A program made the translations under genes and the position numbers. Positions 50,374 to 63,563 of a stretch of DNA of 64,000 nt are shown piece by piece (the first letter of the stretch is position 1; the number at the start of each line of letters is the position of its first letter). The notes below the pieces were generated by a model that saw nothing but the letters and a program-made list of their open reading frames with translations, was not told where the DNA came from and ran no database searches. The stretch is from Eukaryota sp. GEM-RC1. Its lineage: Eukaryota. The stretch spans positions 124,001-188,000 of the forward strand of contig JAUFOQ010000013.1 in the NCBI GenBank assembly GCA_040285855.1, in the 5' to 3' direction.

Positions 50374-50849
50374 CAGATACGTTAATCATTAGTTGGAATG
50401 TTCTTCCGTACAAAAGATAAAAATCGAGCATAGTAATAGTAAAAGATTTTGTCTATTACATTTAGAATAAATAATTCGTAGTTAAACAAAAATTTTTAAC
50501 TCATGATATTTTGATATTATTTCTTCATTCATCTTTTGAATATATAATTCAATAGGATATACTTTTTTTTCATAGTCTTTAAACTTTTTATGATGATTTT
50601 TATATAAGAATTTATTTGCAACAATAAATTAATACATACTAATTCAGAAAATGAAAGAAGTTACATTCAGGAATTATTCCTCGAGTTGAAAGAGAGGATG
50701 GAGCTTTAAGATTAATTGGGTAATTATATTTTTCTTCGTTGGTTGGATCAAGAAAATGAATCAAGGTTAAAAAAATGTTTTCATATTCCGATTAGTTTAT
50801 TGCTTATATCATGTCAGACAAAAAGCAACTCCTCGCAAAACTTTCACAA

Positions 50850-51190
50850 GTAATTTTCGACGATTTCCCTGAGCCCATCACTGATTATATTATCTTCTAG
50901 TGACCAAAATAGACAACTTTTTGAAAATTGACTTAAAAAACTTAGGCACCGAACGAAATAACGACAATTAATTAAATGACGAAGAACACCATTAGCTTCA
51001 CAAGAGCAAGTTGAATAGTTTAATAAATTTGCAGGCCAAATAGCCAAACGAAGACGCATATTGATCATCCAAGCTTCATCAGGTAGATGTAATCCAAACA
51101 CCTTTGGAACTTGAGAAATAAATCCAGAAGGTCCACTATTACAAAGATCGATTATAAAAGCAGCTCTCATTTTGGTACGCACTATTTCCA
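50850..51190 (-). mobile_element. CRE-like relic (pre-endonuclease region)
   Basis: DEAWMINMRLRL..CSC....HLINC parallels the relic at 33.6 kb. Confidence 0.6.
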
Positions 51191-51249
51191 GATGCGCACT
51201 ATATAGAGTAAAATGCTTGTGTACGATAATCATTGTAACCATGGTCTTT

Positions 51250-52424
51250 ATTGGTTATAATCCAGTTTTTCAGTACGTTTGTTCAGAAGATGAGCAAAGT
51301 CACGGTTCTGGAACAGCTAAAGACCGGGAGTAGTGTACAATGGGAGAATTATTTCACATGTCCCCTCCAATCTTTGTTTCTAGAAAACATACAACCAATT
51401 GGATGTGGTTTATTCAAAAGCTGAAAGAGTGTGTTTCGTTTGATCTCCATATCTTATGTTCGAATAAAGTAATTGTTCTTTTAGAAGCAATATTCATTGT
51501 GTATCATGAAGCCAAACCAGCATTTTATGTTCGACATTTAGCTATGAATATTGTGCATATGCTCAGTTGTATTACTCTGAAATTCTTTTAGAACCCAAAA
51601 AGAATCATATGCATTAGTCTCTACAAGCATACCAAAAGGTAATCAATGTTGGATTGGAAAACTGGACTCGTGTACGTTCTAGATGACAACGATATGGTTA
51701 CAAAACCTAGAACGTCATAGAATCACTTATTGTACGTTAGAGGTTTACCAATTGTTAACTTGAGCGGTGCCCGATGAAGTTCCATTCAACATTGCTCAAA
51801 AAGGTTTCCCAAATGAAAGCTATTTCTGCGGAGTGTCATACATATCTTTAAAAAACATCAGATCCCAAGATGTAGTGTGATGGCTTATTTCTAGGACATC
51901 GATATGGTCATTATTCCTCCAAAAAATCAGAGTCTTTTATAATGATGGGCTAGTATCTGAATCAAACTGCTTATGGGCATCATACTTTGGCCTATCTCAG
52001 AGTTGATGACGTGATACATGATGTGGAGGGAAGAATAAGCTTTTTCCATTACGATACTAACGGAGTCTTCGAAGAAGAAGATTTCAAAGACACGAAGTGT
52101 AGAAGAATGGTGGAGGTTGACCAGGCGATTCAGTTCTTGTTGAAGTTTGAGCTTTCCTTAGTTAAAGACATCACATTGATGACAACATGGAGATCGAACC
52201 ATATAGCAGCGTATACAACAGCAAAACCTCCTTCCCCAATCCTCTCTCCCAAAACGATCTGTTGGGAAGAAATAAGGGATCATAGATCGCCAATAGGGGA
52301 AGCTTGGACAACATCCTGCAAGGCAAAGTTCACTTGTCTAATTCTGAGACAATCGCTAGTACAAAGAATGTATTTAGAGTACTAACCCGACTTGGGATTA
52401 GGTACTCTCTCTCGGAATTAACCT
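51250..52424 (+). mobile_element. Highly degenerate Ty3/Gypsy pol remnant
   Basis: Fragments VYVLDD (about 51670), FLGH (about 51888) and H-rich integrase-like region, continuing into the repeat copy 2. Confidence 0.35.
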
Positions 52425-54684
52425 GTGTAGATCAACTTCACACATTCAAGAACACAGACTTTTGTGAAAAGAAGAAAGAAAGAGTTAGAAGCCACGGCGT
52501 TTTAGTATGGCTTAATCATCTTGTAGAAGGGGTTGACATGTGCTAATGATTCCTTGAGGAAAGAGTCAAGAAGAAGATCTGTTTGTTGACGTATTGATGA
52601 GTCAATATGAGAGTCTGGACGAGTCTGTCATAATCCACAAGAATCTCCTTAAATTTTGACCTAACTCCTTACGAAGGTTTACCTTGTTTTTGACCGCTCT
52701 GCATAGTTCGACATTAAACACAACAAAAACAAGAATGTCGTATTCAAGTAAAATGTATTGATGACCATACATGTTCTCTCAATATCAAACATCTCACAGT
52801 TCCCTTGATATAGCCCTCTTCTCTTTCTCTTACATACAACGTACCGTGTATTCTCTGTTCTTAACGTGTTGAAAGCATCGTATCCTTTGCAGGTTTCCGA
52901 GGAGATGAGATGACACTCTTTCCTGCGTGAGTTGGTCGGAGCATTTCGCACATATTCCCAGGAAATCAAAGTTCCCTTCGATCATATCTTTCTCCAAGAC
53001 CCGATTATAGAAGGTGGATTCGATGATGTAAACGCTTCTAAATGATATACTCTCTCTGCCGTTGTCGTCACTACGTCTACTCTGACAAGGAATGAACACC
53101 TCCATCTTCTCCCTATTTAATCTTCCTCTTCCTTCTGAACCTCCCCTCCATTCTGCTTGATATTTGCACCACTATCTTTGACAGTCTTGATTTTGCTTTG
53201 GGAAGAAAGCTTCTCTCCTCCCCCCTTCCAAAAAATTCTGACAACAAACACCATCTTAGACTCGCTCCAATAATACACCGCGTATAGAAGTGTCTTTATC
53301 TAAACCTTCTTCTTCATGGTCACTTCAATCCGTTCACTTTCCTTCTAGTTAATTACCACGTCACAGCTGCTGATTGTGATTATTCTAAGAACTTTCCCGC
53401 TCTAATTCTTTGAACTCTTTCAACGAGTTTCGTTTGTCTTGTAGTGTGGTTACATTCATGGTCCACATACTGAACTTTAGTCTCATTGCGCAGTTGAATA
53501 TCAGCAACTTACTAAAAGATAATGCTTCTGCCCTTCAATAATTGGTGAACCAAAAGGTTTAAGTAAACCTTCACCTTTTGACGAGTCAAGTGCTGAATCT
53601 TTCCAAAACACAATTATGATTTGTCCAACATCAATGGTTTTATTAAAACTGTAAATTGGTGAACTTTTAAAATTCTCATTAGTTTATCATCATACCAATT
53701 TGTTCAAAATCATTACTCACTATAATTATTCCAGAAATCGATTATTTCTGTGCAAAAATATGCAGAAAATATAGTTTGTATGATCTTATTTTACGATAAC
53801 TATTTAACTATGATTTGCAATTTGAACTTTCTAATTCTCAATATTTTGAAATTCAACTAGTGTGCTTCTAAATTAGACGTCTTGCCACCACTTTTATTTG
53901 TAGTTCTGACGGTGTCACTTCTAAGTTAAGTTACAAATCACAATCAAAATTATTTGTAAGAATGTAACTTAACCATTGGATTAAGCTGAGTCATTTTGAA
54001 CTTAGATCCAGACTTTTAATGAATCACGAACTTATGAAGATCAATCTGAGGGAAATTTGGACTAAGTTTCACAGTCATGATTCAACTTTTATGTCTATTT
54101 TAAAACCAATTTAACTGTCACTAGAATCAATCTTGGCTTCCAATTTCTTTGTATTTATACCGAACTGTTTTACTACATGAAGTTTAATTAGGCGTGTTTT
54201 ACTCTAATTCTTTCTGTGCCAACTTGACACGTGTCTATTGTTAACGTTATCAACCTTTTCAGTATGCTTGTATTCTGAACACACAGTTGCATTGTACAAT
54301 TATCGCATCACCATTTGTAGCTTGTTAATTAATTGCAACAGTTTTGAAAACTCATATAAGGAGTTCTTCAACATTAGAAGTGTTAAAAAATGTAATGGCA
54401 AGGGAAAATATTCTTCAATCAGGTACTTGTGCTTCTTGGTGAAGGCTACTGTGTAATTGTTCCAAAATGACTTAAAATTCCAATGCTTTTCAAAAACAGC
54501 ATGGTTGCTTCTATTATCATTATTGAATTTGATGTTTTTTGTTCTGTTAGTGTTGGATTTGAACGTGTGTTTTTTATACGTTGTATATTTGCTTCAGTGT
54601 GTTTTTGTAATTCTATTCAGTGGAGGAAGGAATTTTCGCTACTCAGAATTTCATTATTTTTTCAATTTGTTTGTTTGCTACAAA
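52425..54684 (+). repeat. 2.26-kb direct repeat, copy 2
   Basis: Colinear with 42258..44517, with the same 3' end point (...GTTTGCTACAAA). Confidence 0.85.
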
Positions 54685-54937
54685 GTAATCAATGCAATTT
54701 ATCATTTTGATGTCGATGTGATTCATTTTCTCCTAAAAGTATTTTATAATTATTTAATAAATCTTTTAAAGCTTTTTCTCTGATAGCAATATCCATATTT
54801 TTTATATATTTTAAAAAATACATCATTTTGTTATAAAATTATTTAAAAATTGTTATAAAAAAACTTTTTTTATTTTAAGAATTTACTATAATTGATTTAA
54901 TGTTCAATATGGTAAATTTTAAATATGGGAGAAAATC

Positions 54938-55965
54938 TTATAGACTTAGAAGGCTATGGGAATTGCCCTTTATAATTTTAGTGATAATGAATTTATTGAT
55001 TTCTTGGACAAGCTTTCTATTCCAATCGAAACCACCGATGAATTTACCAGGTCTAAGTAATTTAACGTTGGGAACGTTAATCCTGTGTTGGCTACCATTC
55101 TTAACTTCATCCAAAGTTTTTGCGAACTCTAAATAACTTGATGAAGATTTCTCTATTACCGGCACGTATGCTAACATGAATACCGCTAAGAATTGTTGAG
55201 CATCTTTCGAAAATTCTACTCCAAAGTGTTTTTCGAAGAATTCACTAATGTGTCCTTTCTCAACTAATGCTTTCGCATATCTTTTGACGTACTTCGATTG
55301 AGATGACACTTCGTAAATGTCGTTGTAGAGGTTGAATAATCCCCTACATCGTTCGTCAGTTAACCCATATTCAATACATGATTCTTTTCTAGTATTGGTG
55401 AGGAGTTTAAGGAATTTATCAGCGCGAACCATATCGGCTGATCGAACTCTTGGTGTATTCTTAAGCCTTTTGAGTCTTAGGATGACTGATCGGATGACTT
55501 TGGAATAATCCTCACTGATGGGGGCTTTTGACAGAATTCCATAATTGTTCACGAGAGCCAAAGAGTATGCAACAATCGGGTTCCTGTATCCCGATTCTCC
55601 ATGAATTCTGCGGAAATCCATACATTCTTGATAATCGTAGAAATTATCTTCTAGCGCATAAATACCATAATTAACCCTGTCGAGGAAATCGGGTTGTTCG
55701 AGGGAAGAGTGGACAGGGAAATCTCCTCGTTTAATCAATGAATATTCGTCAGCGATGATGTCCCAATGGAGAAAATGCTCGCAACAATCTTTGGTAGTGA
55801 AGTCTTCGGGGATTGGAAAATTGTATTTTCACAACGAGCTCTGAATTTATTGGCTGTTTCGTCGGAGGCAGGATTTCTTTCAGAAAGATAAGTGGTGGTG
55901 GTGCCTTCTGGGGCGATATCGTTCAAACATTGGAATACGCGTTGTAATTCACGTAAAAGTTCCAT
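54938..55965 (-). CDS. Hypothetical viral-like protein (about 340 aa, one frameshift)
   Basis: ORFs 55735..55965 and 54938..55738 join with one extra base, plausibly in the A4 run near 55827. Confidence 0.5.
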
Positions 55966-56263
55966 AAGTAGAAAGATAGATGGAGGTATTTGTAAAAAAA
56001 ATCATTTTAATTCTTTTAATCATTTTTCTTCTTTGGTTTGGTGAAAAATATTGGGGTTGTTGGTTGGATTATTGAGGGAGTAGGGTTCCGTCGATATCAA
56101 TTCCTAAAGTTCTGATTCCTTTTTTACTCAAGGCTATCAATAGATGCGCCTTCCCACAAAACGGGTCTAATAAAAATTGTACTTCATTCTTCACTAAGAA
56201 CCCGACAATATCTTGAATGAATCCTTGATGGTTAAAAAAATATAAAGTAATGAACGAAGATTT

Positions 56264-59200
56264 CTAATTATCTTCTCCTTCATCATTAACATTGTTCACC
56301 ATATTTCTGATTCGTCTGAATTCAGAAACATCATAAGCGTGGATATAGGTTTCGTTATCATTCAATCCAAAGATTTGATTAACGTGCTTGAGAGTTGCTT
56401 TTTTCAAAATTGATGGAACAATCTCACAGCCCTCAGAATTTGGAATGTGGTAAAAGACTGGAAAAGTCTTAATACAATCATAAACAGAAACATTGTTAAT
56501 TTTCAATTTAGTGATAGTCTTTTTCAATTTATCTTTTACGTCAGTGAGTGGATAATAATTCTTTTCTAATTGCTTCAAAATCTCTACTTTTGTGGACTTA
56601 GGCAAGCTCATAAAATCGGGATGTTTATCAAGATTCACGATATAGCGTTTACGAACTACATCATTGGTCATCGAACCATTTCCCAATATTGATTCGTTGA
56701 TCCTAAGATGCGATAAAGGTGGTTCGTATTTGTTGAAGTCAGTTCCATTCTTTAATGGGATTTCAAGTTCTTTAGATCCAACGATATTGTCTGAGAAATT
56801 ATGAACCATGACGAATAAAAGTATACAGAGTGCTTCAGCCATTATTGGACGACATAAAGTATTTTGAAGCGTAAAATCCGCCAGATGAATATTTTTTAAA
56901 CAGCTCTCGTCGAAATTTGTGGACTTTTTTAATTCCACAACTCTATCTCGATGTGTAGTGGCGTCATAGAATTGATTACAAAATTGTTTTACTTGAGTTC
57001 TTCTTATGATGCCTCGATCTGCCGAATTGATTCTGACTTCATCATTTTGTGAGAGTATAAAACAACATTCAATGATATAGTTATTCGGAGATTGATGAAT
57101 TAATCTTAGACTCCTCTCTCCTCCGTTTTCGGTTAATTCTTTCACGGCGGCTGGATTAATTGGGGCTCTAGGTTCAGATACAGACGCAAAATCTATCCCA
57201 CCAACTAATGCCTCCAATCTTCCATCGTGTGAAGAGTGACTGAAGAGTGACTGAACGACAAAAACCTCTAGCAGCAATATAGGTGAGATAATACACAGCA
57301 TTAGAATCGAAATAATAACCTCCAACCCACATTCCGCCTTTTTCGTTCTCGGGATTGATTGTGTGATCCGTTAAGATTTCTGAAAAGACTTTACAAACGA
57401 ATTGAATATTCTTTAATTCTTCGTCTTCTTCTCCAGGAGAGAAATTTGGATTCGTTAAAGTTCTCCAAATATGTTCTTGACCATTGGCCATTAAATATTT
57501 TGGAAAGTTAATGTTGGTGGACTTAGTGATAATGTATTTTCGGATTAAATCAGGATTCGTCTCAAACTTAATTCTATCCTCCATCGAATGAGCGAGTGGA
57601 TTCACGATTACATATCCATTAATGAAAGAATGGATCCAACAATTTTCGATCCCCTTAAATTCGATAGTCTTTGGATTCACATCTTCGACTCTGACATATC
57701 TTTTTCGATCTAAGGCTAGATGGTCAATCAAAGCTTTCATAAATCTAGTCTGATTAATGTCCGACTTAAACTTCACAAGAAACTCTATAATCTTTTTTAA
57801 GATGGAACGATTCAAGGAATTCTCGTTAATCTCACAATCCTTTTCCAATCGTTCTCTCAACTTATCAACCATAGTTATAAATTCTCCACCGTCATCAAAA
57901 AACTTAACGAGAAGTCTATTTAATTCGAGAGGAACATTCTTGGTTTCCATTGAGATGGATTGAGTGCAGCCCCATTTATGAGTGTAAACAGTGGGATTGT
58001 AGATGTAGAGAATGCAACCTTCTTTGTTGTTGGGATTCGTCTTAACTCTAATGTTTTGAAATCTTTCAGCATAATTCGTCAAAATGAATTTAACGAGACT
58101 ACACATATTCTGACTCCATGGAGTGATGAAATTTCCGAACATATTCAAGAAAGCTTTAGCCTTTTCTTCGAGTAATTCTCTTGGTCGATATTCAGGATCA
58201 AGTTGTTGTTGAATCAATCGATTTCAACTTTTAGATCGAGTCAAGTCGAAGGACATGATGTTCTCGAATAGAGCAGCTGCATCTTTATTTTTACTCTCAC
58301 CGAATAAAAAGTTATTGATTTCGACAATGAGCTTTGTGTCAGGATCAAACTCTTGATAGAATTTCTTTAAGGCAGATCTAACGGCAATTTTGTAAATACG
58401 GTCCGATCTAATCTGTTCTAGATGTCTCGATAAAACCACAATTTGTGTTGCGAGTTCTGGATCATATAAAGAGACTTCATCATAAAGTTCTTTAGCATCT
58501 CCCATAGAAATATTCCCTGAAGATTCTGCAATACCTTGAAACGGCGACAAAGAATGAATAAAGCCTCCACATTTGAGTGTAAAGTCTGAGTGTGCTTTAT
58601 TAACTTTTATCGAATTTTCATGATCGTAATCGTAGATAGTTTCATAAACCAATTCATTGTGATTCGATTCGAAATATCTGAAATCGGAGATACGATAAAT
58701 CTTTGCAGGGATATACATATGTCTCGATCCAACACCCGGTACGAATAACCAATTGAATGCAGAAGTTAGGGGACCCTTATCAATAACTTTCTTCAAATCT
58801 TGTCCTTCGAAAACGTCCATCAAGTATTTATTTTTACTGACGACTTCCAATAAAGTATCATAGATTTTGATTCTTGTTGCTTTATCGAACAATCGATTAG
58901 AAAGATGGATGTGAAGGCCCGCTTTAATCTTCGTGTCATTGGATGCTTCGATCTCTTCAACAACTTCATTATTTTCAATGAATCTTTGTTTCGAGGGAAT
59001 TGCTATCGTGAGATAAGAAGCTTCAGAGGCCCCAAGGACAAAACTATCATTGAGGGTTTGATTGATTGCTATTATTAAATCTTCAGAAATTCGTTCACCA
59101 ATGGTTTCTAAAAAGGTCCTAGAGACCGGAGAATTCCAAAAGAGATCGAGATCTAAATTGATTGAGCTGATCGGACCAGAATTAAAAACATGAGGCTTTT

Positions 59201-59287
59201 TTAAGGATTTAGATATAATACTATTAAACACTCTCGAACATTCTTTTCATCAGCGGTTGAGATGTTCACGATTTCTGGAACCGACAT
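56264..59287 (-). pseudogene. D5-like primase-helicase (AEP primase + D5_N + SF3 helicase), about 1000 aa, disrupted
   Basis: AEP motifs INLDLDL, KAGLHIH and VIDKG...NWLFVPG. D5_N-like FINGYV and YIITKSTNINF. SF3 Walker B/motif C region FASVSEP..VKELT...RLIHQ...FILSQN...DRGIIRR...F. In-frame TGA at 58224-58226, two frameshifts, and no Walker A found. Confidence 0.75.
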
Positions 59288-59525
59288 TTATAAGAGATTT
59301 ATTAATTGATTCGCGTTAATCATTTTTATGAGAAAAATAAAGGAATTTGAATATCATTCATTTTTCCGACGAAAAATATAAATTGTAAAATCACAATGAT
59401 GGCAATCGAGTTTAATAATCAACTCAATCACCATCATCACAATTTTACATTTCGATCAATGGAAACATTTTTCTGACCAATCTTCATTTTTCTTTTACGT
59501 TAAAAAATAATAATGATTTGATTGA

Positions 59526-61085
59526 TTAAGTTCTTTCGGTGGAATGATATTTCAGGATATAGTTCCCAAGCTTCTCACATTCTTCCGGAATATAAAAATC
59601 ATAAATTAACTTTGGGGCTTCAATTCTTTCGACGATGTCAGTTCCTTCGATTTTACGGGAGATAATCATATTTGAGTTTCCAATATTATCCATAGCATCC
59701 CAGATAGAGTTTGGATTCGTCACAACAATCCTAATTACTTCTGTAACGTGAGAGCTCATTGAAGCAATTTCTTGTTTTGGCTTGTTGCGATATCTTGAGT
59801 CATCCGTTATGAACGTCTGGACCCAATTACCATAAACGCGAGCCGCCAGAATAAGAATGGTTCCATTGAATCGTTCAATTTAACTACAAGAAGGAGTTAA
59901 CAATCTTTCACTATCTGCTTTAATTCCATTGAAGAATGTTCGATGCCTAATATAATCCTCATTAGAGAAGGGTCCAGAAACACTATTATTAATTCGTGAA
60001 TCAACAAAATCTGTAAGCTTTACATAGAAACATTCGAACCTGTTACGGATCGCATTTTTCTTCATTTCTGCATTTAACGTAGTCATCACCGAATTGAATG
60101 CTTGACCAAAAGTAATGGAGTCAAAATTGTCTCTGTAAAATGCTTTAAATGAATTGAGATCAACACACTTATGATACTTTGATACACCCTTGATTGATTG
60201 TTTTAAAGAAATCAAATCTCGTTCAATCCTTTGATAGTCAAAACTATCATGGGCGATTTATTTTTTGAATAAGTTAGAAGTTTCGTCTAAATACTTTTTG
60301 AGGTCCATTCCTCCCATTAGTTCTTTTTCGTGTTGGGTTTTCATCCCAATCGATCTTTTCCCATTTCAAATTGATGCCTAAATGTCTTAAGTAGAATTCG
60401 GTTTGTTCATTCTTGAATCCGATGAATCTTGAATTCATTCCACTAAAACTGAACGTGACACGGATAGCGTTATGATGTGCTTGGTCCATGTTCCCAAAGA
60501 ATAGGGCTCTAGCCAATATTCTGAATTTTGAGGCCATTATTACGGAAGACCTCATTAGATTGCTGAACTTTGGAAACCATTGCCGTTGGCCAGTATCTTG
60601 AGATCATTAATTCTTTTAGATTGTTGGCGTAGGTGTTGAATGACGAATATATCTTATGAAGATGATTGAAAGAGACCATAGCTGTGTCATTCGTCATATT
60701 TGGATTTCGCATATTCATGACATCTTGTGGAAAGCATGGTAATAAGAGCGAAATGTTGCGTAACATAGGTTGAAGATTATCAAAAACCACATTGAATCCG
60801 TTGATTTGAAAGAAAGCCAAAACCTCGTTGGTTAATTCTGTTGCATTAGTGTACAGTTCAAGTACATGGTTGATATAAACAATGTCGAGGGGTGCGTTGC
60901 CGAGAGTGAGATAGTAAGGAGAGTCTCTATACATTTGTCGAGCGTGAAAGGTTCTTTAAAAATATATTCAATTTTATTCTCAATTTCATTTTTTCTGGAC
61001 CACTCTTTATAGCGTAGGTACATATAGTCCCGCTATAAACAGTGTTGACTGTATCTGTATGAATATATTTTATAATTGATTCCAT
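59526..61085 (-). pseudogene. Large hypothetical viral-like gene (about 500 aa) in fragments
   Basis: Consecutive fragments 60832..61023, 60509..60934, 60274..60555, 59880..60215 and 59526..59759. The last two share a frame across a single TAA. Confidence 0.5.
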
Positions 61086-61306
61086 TTTATAGATATACAT
61101 TCACTTCTTTACAAAAAAAATATTAGGGCAAGCCCGATTCCATATATAAGAAATCTATATTTATATACATACTAAATAGATATTTGCATGTTTTATTCAT
61201 TATTCATTATAACAATAAACAAACAAATACAAATTTAATAAACACAAACAATAAGATTTGCTCAAACACCCATCCGGGTCGATGAAACCAGATCCTGTTT
61301 GTTCAA

Positions 61307-61370
61307 ATCCACTTCGATCCCGCTCCACTTCGATCCACTTCCATCCGATCCACTTCGATCCACTTCATTC
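61307..61370. repeat. Short tandem ATCCACTTCG repeats
   Basis: About five copies of (AT)CCACTTC(G) in an otherwise AT-rich spacer. Confidence 0.75.
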
Positions 61371-61934
61371 CAAATCTAATTCGATTCGGTACACCCAAAA
61401 GTTTTAATCAATTTTTAATCAAGTATTCACTTTTCTACAAATTTAGGTTGGTAAATATAGTCAATCAGTAACGCTGGCAACTCCATCACATCCTAATTAT
61501 ACATTTACAAGACCGTAAGTTGTACACCCTTTCGAAATGGACAACATCAATCTTGCAAAAGACCAAAAAATATTTTGTATAAAACCATTAAACTTCAACA
61601 TCGAAATGTTTTAGAGTAGTGGGTTCAGGTTCTATTATTTGAAAAATTCAATTTTTCAAAATTGATTCACTTTTCTACATAAAAAAATTAGGATGATCTA
61701 AATATGTTGTGTGCATATTTAGCAAGTGCTTTGCTACAGCTCCTGTTTTATCACCCCCAAGGAATACATCCATCAAAGCTGCGAACAACTTAACAAGACT
61801 ATCCTTGAAAAAAGGGTTTTTATAACAAAGCTACAAAATACTACTGTAAAATAGTTATCTAGACAATGTCCGGTTCCGTTATTCGAAAAATTCAATTTTT
61901 TAATCTCTGATCATTTTTCTAAAAAAAATATTTA

Positions 61935-63557
61935 TTAATAAGATTTCTTCAATACTAATTATTTTTATATAATCAAGGATCTCACATTTTATTTTTATTT
62001 CAGAATCTATATCAAAAGATTCAATATTTATTTTTTAATCAAATCAAATTCTTCAACATAGATTTTATTCTTATCAACAACATATGCATTGAAAGTATTT
62101 ATATTAACTGCTTTCAAATATTTAGTAATCAAGAATTCATTATATTCTCTTTCAACATATTTATTAGCATTCGATTGTTCATTAATCTCATGACATAATA
62201 ATTCAAGATTATCAATCTCTTCATCAAATAATAAATGATGAGTTAAGATATCAGCATATCTTCTTATGGGTGAAGTGAAATGATTATATAGATCAGCTCC
62301 AACTCCTACATGCTTTGCAGATGTTCCACATTTTATTATTTCAAATTTAGCAGCATCTAATCCAATACGTTTTACAATATTAGATCATTTCTGTTCATCC
62401 CAACCACTATGACTTCTAACAATCATGGTAGAGTTTAGCTTCTCATAAATTTTAGTGGCAATTACAGTATTAGCTAAGATCATCAATTCTTCAATTAAAC
62501 TTCCAGACTTTGATCTAGGTTCCATTATGAATTTACTATTTCTAGGATTTTCATAATCAAACTCAAATACAAACTCTTCACCATTATTTATGACTAAAGC
62601 TCCATTCTTGAATCTTTTCTCTTTTGTATATAGACATATATTTTATAATTGCAAAAACATATCATATGCTTCAATTATTTTATCAACTTCATTATAAGTA
62701 TATCTATAGTCAGATTTAACTATAGTTCTTTTAATGTCAGTATTAACAATTTCATTATTACTATCAAAAGTTATATAAATTGAGATAGCTCTTTTTCTTT
62801 CACCTATATTTAATGAACAAATAGATTCAGTTAAATTTCTATCTAACATTGTATAGACAAATTTAGTTAAATAAATACTGCTTCTTAAATATCCTAATGA
62901 ATGATTAGAAAAATAAGAAGTAACATCTGCAATGTGTATTCCTATTTTAGTGAATCCTCCACTAAGTCTTTCAAACGAAGTTGCATCATCAAAATCTTTT
63001 GTTGTTTCAGCATCAAAAGTGAAAGTGTGTGATCTATTTATGTATCTTATGTGTTTATATCTATTCATTTCAAGAGGCATTTGTGGATAACATAATTTAT
63101 ATTTTCCTAAAAGGAAGAATATCTTTTTTCATTTTCATCAGTTATTTGTCTTACAATTTCATATGATTGACAATCATTTAATTTCAATAAAAACACATTA
63201 TCTTTTCACAGTATCTAGTTTTGATTAAAGGAAATCCTTTCATTAAGTTAATAAAAGATTTGTTATGTTTACCTCTATTTTCAATTACTCTAGCACCAAC
63301 TATATAAGAAGGTTTATGGACTATATCAATTATGTTAGGAGTCTCATCTTTATTCTTAGTTGCTAATATCCAAGTACCAGGGAATAAGTTATCATTGATT
63401 ATATTTTTCTTTCTATAATTTTGAAAGCTCATATTGTTTAATCTATAGAATTTTCCAACTTTTTAAATCAACAGGAACAAACCTGACATAACAATTTTGT
63501 TCACCTTCAACTTGAAAAATAAAGGATAACATTATATACACCTACAAAAAAAATCAT
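61935..63557 (-). pseudogene. RNase II/R (RNB) family exoribonuclease, disrupted
   Basis: FTFDAETTKDFDDA, GIHIADV, SSIYL, ICSL, LIEELMILAN and [13 protein letters not shown]. In-frame TAA (62643) and TGA (62385) plus frameshifts; very AT-rich. Confidence 0.88.
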
Positions 63558-63563
63558 TTTCCT

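Larger units (their letters stand above)
44518..50760. mobile_element. Viral-like island B, interrupted by pogo and CRE insertions
   Basis: Very AT-rich spacers, minus-strand ORFans, and AATCATTTT at 44903, 45865, 46097 and 49292. Confidence 0.5.

Noticed and set aside
58224..62645. Stop-codon reassignment (TGA=Trp, TAR=Gln) in the viral-like genes
   Set aside because: All three stops occur in frame once or twice (TAG 45475, TGA 58224 and 62385, TAA 59880 and 62643), TGG is used for Trp in the same genes, and host genes end in TAA, TAG and TGA. Single nonsense substitutions explain it.
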